DNA of 64,000 nt from Histomonas meleagridis 2922-C6/04-290x (taxonomy: Eukaryota > Protista > Parabasalia): contig JAANOX010000278.1 of NCBI GenBank assembly GCA_020184695.1, forward strand, positions 372,001-436,000. Direction: 5' to 3'. Each line of letters opens with the position of its first letter. Within the stretch, counting starts at the first letter, position 1. This document shows positions 55,204 to 64,000 of this stretch, one piece after another. The translations under genes were made by a program, and so were the position numbers. The notes under the pieces are model-generated. The model ran no database searches and was not told the DNA's origin. It saw only the letters and a program-made list of their open reading frames with translations.

Positions 55204-55454
55204 GGTATAATGTAATTTGCCAAATAATTTGAAAAGAAATAAAAATGGCGAATAAAATTGGCTAGCATTAAATATTTCGAACTGTCTCTTCTCCCCAAGC
55301 TTTTACTTTAATATATGTTTAAAATCTAAGCCCATCAATAGCAACATTGAAATGTTTGATAAAGTGAAAATTATTTCCAAATTATAATAATTTTTTTTTT
55401 TTTACTTCAAAAAACAATTTTAAACAATTAAAAAAAAATCAATCCATGATTAAT

Positions 55455-58295
55455 TTACAAAGAATTAAAATATGATGATCTTGGTCTTTTGACTTTTCTC
55501 CTATTTGATGAAATTGGAGTCCTCTCATTTACTCTATGTGACATTGGAATCCTCAGCACTGGTCTCCTTGGCGTGCTAACCATTGTTGCCTTGTTATCCT
55601 GCTCGATCATAGATGATATTGAATCGACCAAATGAATTGGCCTCTGTGAGAACTCGAGCTCTTTAGCGTGTATTACTTTCTTTTTTGTTGGCTTTGGACT
55701 TAACAAAATTTTTTGCAATTCAGCGTTTTTGTTTTGTCTTGATTCGTTTTCTAATATGTAATTATCAATTGACTTTTTGACGTATGCCAAATCAAAATCT
55801 TTTGTAATTTTGAACTCTTCCATTTCGTCTTCTTCATTATTTCTTTCAATTTTTTCATCATCAAAATTATCATCTTTAACTTCATCTTTTTGATTTCCAG
55901 TTATAGCCGGGATTTCCTCCACAACCTCAGTAAAGTGTTTAGGGTCTTTTTTAAAAGGTGATTTTCCAACATATGTTGAAGGATTATCCAAATCCCAATT
56001 GCTTTCATCATGAAAAAATCCGACGTAATCAAATGTATCCACTTTCCATATTCTTATACACATATCAACACCACATGTAGCAATAAATTTTCCATTTCCA
56101 ATAATAATAATTGAAGTTATTTCATCATTACTACATCTTATCATAAACTTTTCTTTCAGCTTTATTTCATAATCACCCTCAATTATTTCCCAACATTTAA
56201 CATATCCAAGTGTATCAGCGGTATAAACCAAACCGTTATTATCGTCAACGGTAATCACTGACATTGAGTGCTTTACACGTATCGAATGCGCATCAAATTT
56301 TTCCAAAATTTCCAACTTCGGAAGCAACAAAATGTACATAAACCCTAATGAATCACCAACCAAAATGAATGACTTAAAGCAAGCCAAACATTCTATCGAA
56401 TTTTCCAATTTTAAATTAGCTTGTTGGAAATTAGTTTCTAATGACCATACGAAAATTTCCCCATTTATATCACCGGAAACTATACCATTATTATAATTCG
56501 TTAAAGATATTATATCATGTTTATGACCTTTAAATTGTCTAAAAAGATCAAATTGACCTTTTTCAGATTCCAAGTAAGCGCAAATTAACTTATCTCTATC
56601 TATTCTAATTAAGAAAGAGTTCAAACCTATAGCTATAAACATCAAAATATTAACAATTGCGTTATTTAAAGGGGACAATTTCACTTCTGATATTATATTT
56701 CCACTATTATAATTCCACAAATAAATTTTATTCTTTAAAGAACAAGTAATTACTCTTCTTCCAGTTATATCTATTGTTGCTGCAGTAATAACATTATTAT
56801 TATCATTTAAGAACGTGGTTATATTATTACCTTTAAACATATTCCAAATTTTAAATGTACAAATTTTATCAATTGAAACGATTTCTTGGAATTCTTTCGT
56901 ATAATATAACCCAATGATTTGATAACTATGTGAAACATGTTCTAAACTTTCATTTAATGCATTGATATCTTCCGCCCATTTAATAGGATATGAACAACAT
57001 GTAATTAAACAATGATTACGTTCATCGAATCCAATTGAACTATAATAATCTTCTGGACGAAGTATTGTTTCATCATTCCATTCTCGAATCATCCGATAAT
57101 TAATGATGTCCCATAAGCGGAACTCTTTCTTAATGGACATTGTAATGATATAATGTTCGCCAATTGTCGTAATAAAATTTGTTATGTTTTGGATTTGATT
57201 AAAATGGCCGCCAAGTTTAAAGATCTTTTTGAGTGGGGATAACGTCCATACATATGCATTACGTGAGACACCGTAAGTGATTAAGTTGTTCTGTGTGATG
57301 GAGAATTGAAATCCCAAAATTGGAGATTTATTATTGATTACTTGAAATGTAGTAAAGTTGTTGGTTTGTGGGTAATACATCCAGATCTTGATGGCTCGAT
57401 CATATGATGACGAAATATAACAATTAATCGTAGAAATATAACTGATTTGTGTGATGCGTGATGTATGTATCGTTTCTCGGGTTAAGCGTTGGATTTGATA
57501 ATCTGTGCCACTACGTCGGCGTGGTGCTATTAAGCTATATACTTCTAATAAACCATGCTCATCACCAACAAAGAAAATCGACCGTTTAAGTGTCGTATCG
57601 TTTTCATACAAACAGAGTGAAGTAGGGATGTTGAAAAGTGGCATTTGGGGGGACTTAATGGACTTTAAGTAGATTTGCGCATCATCACAACTCATTTTCC
57701 GGATTTTATTGGAAGATGGTGATGCACTAATACTTATTGGTAATTTAGAAAGTGTGTCATAATCATAAAATAAAAGACGTCGATTTGAGGTTGTGACAGT
57801 AAGAACATTAAATGAGGGAATCATGATTAAATGAGAAAAGAAACCAGGCTTAGTGATACATCGTTTAAACGAAAGATCTGTACTACTCCAAAAACGAATA
57901 GAATCACTACTAAGTGTGATGTATTGATCAATTTGATTATGAATATAAATTTGTTGAATCATTTCATGGTGACATTGGGATTTAAGAATCGGCGCAGTAG
58001 GTACTTTCTTGATGAACTTAGCTGCATTACTTTTGGAGATTTTATTAGTGGTGAATTCTCGCATAAGATAATCAACAAGTTCATCCCAACTAATATAGCC
58101 ATTACAATTGGCATCAATTTTATCAAAATATTTTTCAAATTCATCTTGTGATAATTGTCCATTACAGATTATATTAATAAAATTTGAGTTTTTCCATTGA
58201 TCAAATGTAATTTCACCTGCTTTAAAAACATCTACAGCTTCAAATTCTTTTTTTAATTCATCTAAAAATTGATTTTTCTGATGACTTTGTCTCAT
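55455..58295 (-). CDS. EF-hand plus WD40 protein (WDR49/EFCAB8-like)
   Basis: EF hands (FDKIDANCNGYISWDELVDYL) followed by many WD repeats. The frame is open upstream to 58418, so the start is uncertain. Confidence 0.8.
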   Translation of the reverse strand: MRQSHQKNQFLDELKKEFEAVDVFKAGEITFDQWKNSNFINIICNGQLSQDEFEKYFDKIDANCNGYISWDELVDYLMREFTTNKISKSNAAKFIKKVPTAPILKSQCHHEMIQQIYIHNQIDQYITLSSDSIRFWSSTDLSFKRCITKPGFFSHLIMIPSFNVLTVTTSNRRLLFYDYDTLSKLPISISASPSSNKIRKMSCDDAQIYLKSIKSPQMPLFNIPTSLCLYENDTTLKRSIFFVGDEHGLLEVYSLIAPRRRSGTDYQIQRLTRETIHTSRITQISYISTINCYISSSYDRAIKIWMYYPQTNNFTTFQVINNKSPILGFQFSITQNNLITYGVSRNAYVWTLSPLKKIFKLGGHFNQIQNITNFITTIGEHYIITMSIKKEFRLWDIINYRMIREWNDETILRPEDYYSSIGFDERNHCLITCCSYPIKWAEDINALNESLEHVSHSYQIIGLYYTKEFQEIVSIDKICTFKIWNMFKGNNITTFLNDNNNVITAATIDITGRRVITCSLKNKIYLWNYNSGNIISEVKLSPLNNAIVNILMFIAIGLNSFLIRIDRDKLICAYLESEKGQFDLFRQFKGHKHDIISLTNYNNGIVSGDINGEIFVWSLETNFQQANLKLENSIECLACFKSFILVGDSLGFMYILLLPKLEILEKFDAHSIRVKHSMSVITVDDNNGLVYTADTLGYVKCWEIIEGDYEIKLKEKFMIRCSNDEITSIIIIGNGKFIATCGVDMCIRIWKVDTFDYVGFFHDESNWDLDNPSTYVGKSPFKKDPKHFTEVVEEIPAITGNQKDEVKDDNFDDEKIERNNEEDEMEEFKITKDFDLAYVKKSIDNYILENESRQNKNAELQKILLSPKPTKKKVIHAKELEFSQRPIHLVDSISSMIEQDNKATMVSTPRRPVLRIPMSHRVNERTPISSNRRKVKRPRSSYFNSL

Positions 58296-58749
58296 GATTG
58301 ATTTTGGATTTGTTGGAAAAATTCTACTAGAACCTAATGACCGAGGTGATTGGCCTCTATTTTGGTCATTTTCATATTGTTTATTAACATTAAATTTTGG
58401 AAAATCAGATTTAATCACGTTTTTAGAAAAAAGATGGCACTTTTTCGCTTAACGTTCAAAAAAGTGCGTTTTAGAAATTTTGGCGGAAAGTGAATCAAAA
58501 GAAAGATCATTTACTCTATCTTTCTGATAAAATTCTTAATACTTTTATACACAAATAACATTTATTTATTAATAACTCTACTTAGAAATATTTGGTAATA
58601 TCAACTATGCATAGTTACCAAAATTCATTTTTCAAATTATTGAAATTATCCAAAAATTTAAAGGAGTGGTTTAGGTTGAACCGGTGTTAATATATCATTC
58701 TAATTTATTCTTCAACATAAGGTTAATTAACCTTTTAAACTATATTTCA

Positions 58750-59914
58750 ATTCATTCATACTTATGAAGTAATTTAACTATTTCTGTATAACCACATTTA
58801 GATGCAAACATAAGTGCTGTCCAAAATATTGGACAATATATAAATTTCCTGTTATGATCGAAGCAATGATAATATTTTCATTTACTTTCATCCCTTTTTC
58901 AAAAAAATGAAAGAATATCAAAATTACAATACAAAATACATTTTTCTCCGAATTCTTCTAAATTATTAATTTCAGCAATTTCTTTCTCATAAAGATATTT
59001 AAAGATATCATTTCGATGAAATTCAATTGTTGTTCCATATGCACATTCAAATGTTGAATGATTTTGTTCACATAAATGAATAATTTCTTCATTTCCACCT
59101 GCAATTGCATATTTATATGTTTTTTCTATTTTTGCACTATTCATAAGTAAATACCCAAAACATTTAACTGAAGAAAAAAATGCTGCATAATCAATTAATG
59201 AGACATTTTTATGATTAATAAATGAACATCTTTCATAAAGTGATGGCTCAATTGTTTGATTAAAATCAAAATTTGTTTGTGATGATATTTCTTGAAGTTT
59301 TTCTATTTCATCATTTCGAATTATTTTCGCAATATTTAATGGATTAACTCCTTCTTTTTTTAACTGCTCATGAAGTTCCCATTTATTCTTTGATAGTTCT
59401 TCAAATTTTTTCTGAAATTGTTTTATAAATATAGGATCAAAATCTGATATAACATCGAAATTAACAATTCTGATTTGCACTAAACAAATGTAATTGTTAA
59501 TGGTATTTGCTGGAATATATTCTGCAAAATATAAAGATGCCTTATTTTGAATAATATTCTGATCAATCATTGAGTTTTGAATCATTTTTTCAAGAAGATA
59601 TTTTGATTCTTGTGCATTAATCGGTAACAAAAATTTAGTAAATATATCTATTGTATTTTCTTTTGATTTATCACTAATTTTCTGTAAAAACTCAAAACAT
59701 GTTTTTCTTTTTGATTTGAAACATAATATGAATACAGAATTCTACATATTGTCATAATATATGAATATGGAAAATTTTTAGAAAAATAATTTAATAAAGA
59801 TTCAACTGATTCATCTATATTGTAATCATTTAAGTTAAAAATAATTGTTTCAAGATTTAATAATATTTGGGTGTTTTCTTTGTATTTGATAGTCTGACTA
59901 TGAGATAATCCCAT
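58750..59914 (-). pseudogene. Frameshifted DUF3447-ankyrin family gene
   Basis: SLIDYAAFFSSVKCFGYL...AIAGGNEEIIHLCEQ...AIEF-like HRND block. Frame breaks near 59705 (A-run), 58905 (T-run) and 58822, then WTALMFASKCGYTEIVKLL. Confidence 0.75.
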
Positions 59915-60492
59915 CAAAAATATTTGGAAACGAGTTATCTCAAAAATATTTCTGCTTGAAGGAATTCGTTTATTAACTTGTTTTGAAATGAGGTGATGTA
60001 ACGTCTTTTTCAAAGATGATGATGAATGTCATCTCCGACTCTAGAGTCAGATAAAATCATTCATAAAAACAAAAATATCTTTCTAAAAATTAGAAGACAA
60101 AAATTTTTAGAATATCTGAAAAAAGATTATTCTAGATAGCTTTTTTTAATTTAAAGTAAAATTTTTTTGTAAAATTATTATGAATAGAGAAAATGATTCC
60201 TTTTTTGACTAATTCAACTATTGATAAACATTTTGTTGAATGTACAATTGATTAATATCTAAATATGATTCAACCAATATTTTGAATATCTTTAATTTTA
60301 TACAATGAAAAACTTATTTATTTCTGAATTCATATTAAATCTCAAATTTTATTATAGGTTTATTTCATAATATATATTAATCAGAAAAATATTTCTTTAT
60401 TACCTATTTAACTTCAAAATGAATTTGATTTCCATTGCATGCAATTTATCCAACTAATTATTAATTTTTTTACTTTTTACTAACCAAAGTGC

Positions 60493-60993
60493 TTAAATTG
60501 TTTCAAGTATTTCATGATTTTCACTTAGAGCATGCATATACTTTTCCACAAAATCTTCTTTGATTTCTTTAGTAGCAAATTTGAACATGACACATTCATT
60601 TTTAAGCATCCCAGTTGCATAATTTTTTGAATTGATTACGACATTCCCTTTTTTTAAAAAGGATTCTTGAACTTCCATACCAGGGAGGATAAAATGATTA
60701 AGATACACATTATCAAAGTTTTCTTTACTTCTCATTAAAATTCGATATCTACCCGTTTCATTATGTTTAAGAATTCTTACTATACCTTGACCATCAAAGT
60801 CATACCTATTGAATTTATATTCAAGTTGATTATATAAAACGCAAAAAGATGTATGAATTTCTGTTTCTCCTTTATCAGGATCACCATTAATAAAGAACTG
60901 ATTCATTGTATTTTGTATCGTTTCAAGTATTTTTGCACTTATTGTTGGACGCGCATTTTGTTCTAAAGGCAGTTCTTTGTTTTCTTCATTCAT
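60493..60993 (-). CDS. Ran-binding domain protein (RanBP1-like)
   Basis: GQGIVRILKHNETGRYRILMR...LNHFI.PGM...YATG...FKF pattern. Confidence 0.8.
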   Translation of the reverse strand: MNEENKELPLEQNARPTISAKILETIQNTMNQFFINGDPDKGETEIHTSFCVLYNQLEYKFNRYDFDGQGIVRILKHNETGRYRILMRSKENFDNVYLNHFILPGMEVQESFLKKGNVVINSKNYATGMLKNECVMFKFATKEIKEDFVEKYMHALSENHEILETI

Positions 60994-61255
60994 TAGTTGA
61001 ATATAATTGAATGATATCTTTATGCTGAGTTTTTTTATACTCATAAAAATGATAACCAATTGGTTATTATATATTTTTATTTATGCAATCTTGTTTAAAT
61101 ATATAAATTTAAAGAGTTCCTTTATTTAATAACTACTATTTAATGGTTTCCCACATTATTAATTTTATTTATATATTTTTTTGGTTTAAGTATATAAAAC
61201 CTCGAAATGAATTTTCTCAGATAGTAAAAAAAAAAATTTAGAACTCATATAATTT

Positions 61256-62438
61256 TTAATATGGAAGTGTGCCTCTTTCCATGAACATTTTTGCAATTTC
61301 TTGGAAATCACCTTTAATTGCCATACGAAGCGGAGACCACTCAAATCAAAATGAATTCCATTTATATCCCTTACATTTGGATCAGCACCTTTTTCTAGTA
61401 GTACTTCCACAGCATCATAATTACCTTTTTCAGCTGCGACATGAAGAGCAGTACGAAATTATATTTATCAATTCCCAAAGCATTTTTTGCATTAATATTT
61501 ATTCCATTTTCACATAGTACCTTAATACAATCTATAGAATTATTCGAAGCGGCATAATGAATTGAAGAATTACGATCTTTATCACATGCATTTACATTAG
61601 CTCCTTTACTTAACAGAAGAATTGCCATTTTTGGCTTTTCATTCTTAATAGCATAATGAAGAGCTGTCATTCCACAATTATCAACAAGATCAATATTCCC
61701 ATAAAGTGATAACAAAATTAAAATAGAATATAAAGAACCAGAAACAGCTGCAAGATGAATCGGTGTTTCACCATGAACTGCTGGTATAGATGCATTAAAA
61801 TCTGCATCTAATAACGCATGAACAAGATCAGCGACATCAGGTTTTTTGGTGTCGTCTTGATCTTCATCATTTGTACTTCGAATTTCCCCACTTCCATCAT
61901 CATTTAGTGCATTTGGTACACCATATGTTTCTAAAAGTGTAATGAAATTATCAAAAGATGAGTATACAGCATTGTGGATAGGTGTGTTCCAATTAATGAT
62001 AAATAAACTTTATGATTTTTTAATAAACCCATTTGTCTGTATTCTGTTCAAGCCTTTTAAAAAAGTATTTGATTATCAATAAGGGTTGATTATATTCTGC
62101 AGCATAATGTAGGAATGTTCGGAAATTAAAAAAGAAACCCCAAAATAACATTATAATTTCTGGAATTTTGAAATAAACCATGTCTCGAACTGTTAAATCT
62201 GCATTTCCATCAATAAGTAGATCAGCTGCGAACTTATTTTTACGTTGAATGGCAAGAAAAATGGGAGCATTATGTAACAAAAATAAAAACCAAATGGATG
62301 AAAATTAAGAAAACATCAAATGAAAATTAAGAAACTTTCGGTAAATTTACAAAAAACGACATTTAAATCACCTCCTTCCTCTTTGTATTTTTTTAGACTT
62401 GCATTATCTTCGTTTATGATGAATTTAGTAAAATCCAT
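61256..62438 (-). CDS. Ankyrin-repeat gene interrupted at five beta-hairpins by 17-71-nt inserts
   Basis: MDF... start at 62438; stop-free ankyrin blocks are separated by inserts at about 62354-62281, 62178-62128, 62027-61991, 61472-61456 and 61356-61340. Confidence 0.7.
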
Positions 62439-63413
62439 CGAAAGTTAGAAAAAACGTTACAAATTTTAACGTATTCAACATCACTTTTCATTTGAAAACA
62501 AGGCTTAAGGGCTGACTAGATATAAATTCATCTTTTAGTAAGTTAATGGATTGGCCAGACATCAAAAACTGTAAAAAAAAAGATTGTATAGACATATATT
62601 CTATTCTCAAGAATCATAACAAATGGTTGTATCTTTAATAGGAGAAATAAAAGGATTACTATAAATAAATAGAGATGGGAGGAATTAAATGTGTTAAATC
62701 ACCATATGTTAGGTGTAAATATTTATCATTTTCGGTCTCAACATGTGAATCTTCAGTATGTGGATTTTTTTTTTTCTTGAAAATATATTTCTTGGAGGTG
62801 AACAAAGCCAACTGCATGTGAAATCTGAATATATATTAATTTGCAAAGAGACACATTTCACAGGCATTTACATTTTCCATTTTTAATTCATGCAAACAAA
62901 CTTAAACTTAAGCCCATTTTTATTTTCTATAGTGTATAGTTTAATCACAATAACCGCTATGTTTTACGCACGAGTTTATCATTTTCATTATTGTATCAAT
63001 TTTTTTTTATTCCTCTAAGAGAAGCTACACGTTTCTTTATCAAAGAATTTCTTTTCTTTGTTAATTTTTCATGGAAAATTACAAATTGCAATTTTATGTT
63101 TTCATCAAACAATTTTTAGTAGTTATAACATATTGAAATGTTCTCATATAAAATTATAGTTGTTACATAAAGCAGTTTCAATCAGTTCTTTTGTTATTCC
63201 ATTTGTTCAAAAGTTGTAGTTTTTTATTTTTAAATTTTGAGGTTAAGTGTTCAATACGTGAGCGTAAGAATTTGTTTCAATCTTGGCAGAAAAACTTGAT
63301 CGTACGGCTCAATTTCTCATTTATAAACTATTCATTTATTTATAAACTATTGAATTCCATGTATACTTAAAAACAAGAAAAAAAGTCAATTTAATATCAC
63401 ATATTTTATATAG

Positions 63414-64000
63414 ATGGATGGACAAAACCCTCAAGGGCAGTATTATACCCCAACTCAACCAGTATACACGCAACCTTATGGATACGAACAACCAGTAGTT
63501 GATGCTGGTAATCCGTATGCTCAAGTAAATCCCGATCCAAATCAAGCGAATTACCAATACCAACAAAATTACCAATACCAACAAAATTACCAATATCAAC
63601 CTAATCCATATCACTATCAACCACAAACGGGAAATTATCAATATGATTCCGAAAACATTAATTATCAAGATCTTCAAGTTGAACAATTCTCTTCCATTCC
63701 ATGTGATCAAACTTCATATTCTTGTTATTGGGAAAACCCACAAGCATTTGAACCTCAAACATATTCACAAAATACCAAAAAAGAAACCAAATGCAATGAT
63801 ATTTTATATCTTATAGTCTTCTTAATCAACTTAGTTATTACCATAGTTGTCTTTATTTGGCTTGTATCGAAGAAAGCTCCAACTGAATCAGAACCTACAA
63901 ATGAAGAACCAAGTGACGTTGACAACTTCAAGAGCCTACTTTGGAAATCCATTGGCATTAGCTTTGTTATCGGCCTTGTACTTAATATTATTCATGTTAT
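63414..64000 (+). CDS. Choline transporter-like (CTL/PNS1) protein, 3'-truncated by the window end
   Basis: ATG at 63414, open to the end (absent from the ORF track). Q/Y/P-rich N-terminus with NYQYQQ repeats, then KCNDILYLIVFLINL (TM1) and a second TM. Confidence 0.65.
   Translation, partial: MDGQNPQGQYYTPTQPVYTQPYGYEQPVVDAGNPYAQVNPDPNQANYQYQQNYQYQQNYQYQPNPYHYQPQTGNYQYDSENINYQDLQVEQFSSIPCDQTSYSCYWENPQAFEPQTYSQNTKKETKCNDILYLIVFLINLVITIVVFIWLVSKKAPTESEPTNEEPSDVDNFKSLLWKSIGISFVIGLVLNIIHV

Noticed and set aside
60015-60062. ATGATGA plus GACTCTAGAGTC palindrome as a second snoRNA
   Set aside because: No correctly placed box D, terminal stem or recognisable guide.
1-64000. Stop-codon reassignment explaining the broken ORFs
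   Set aside because: TAA, TAG and TGA each terminate genes here (e.g. 453, 2015, 37032), and most breaks are frameshifts rather than in-frame stops.
1-64000. Maverick, Mutator or mariner transposons
   Set aside because: No transposase, integrase or polymerase motifs and no terminal inverted repeats were seen.

Overview
AT-rich, gene-dense, essentially intronless eukaryotic DNA, most likely from a parabasalid protist (Tritrichomonas/Trichomonas-like). The taxon call is inferred from BspA/TpLRR surface proteins, DUF3447-ankyrin genes, a NAF-type CIPK-like kinase and TCAY(T/A) initiator motifs. About 25 intact genes are present, including DZIP1-like, MPS1, a UBR N-recognin, ICMT, a cyclin, a PTB-like protein, WRAP73, a Furry-like protein, MTR4, a PQ-loop transporter and LZIC. 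There is also a tRNA-Asp(GTC) and a box C/D snoRNA that does not appear in the ORF track. Two accessory systems stand out. (1) Ankyrin genes whose repeats are interrupted only at the beta-hairpin by AT-rich inserts lacking usable GT-AG ends: an 80-nt insert in 170-nt-period arrays at 24.5-25.8 kb and 9.3-9.7 kb, and 17-71-nt inserts in an otherwise stop-free gene at 61.3-62.4 kb. These are candidates for non-canonical introns or recoding. (2) Six type I surface-protein loci that share an SNTF stalk, an aromatic 'YYDYT' juxtamembrane module and one of two cytosolic tail types, with direct evidence of head/tail swapping and unexplained 165-213-codon stop-free leaders in front of all three BspA genes. 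All product calls come from motif recognition by eye; no database searches were run.
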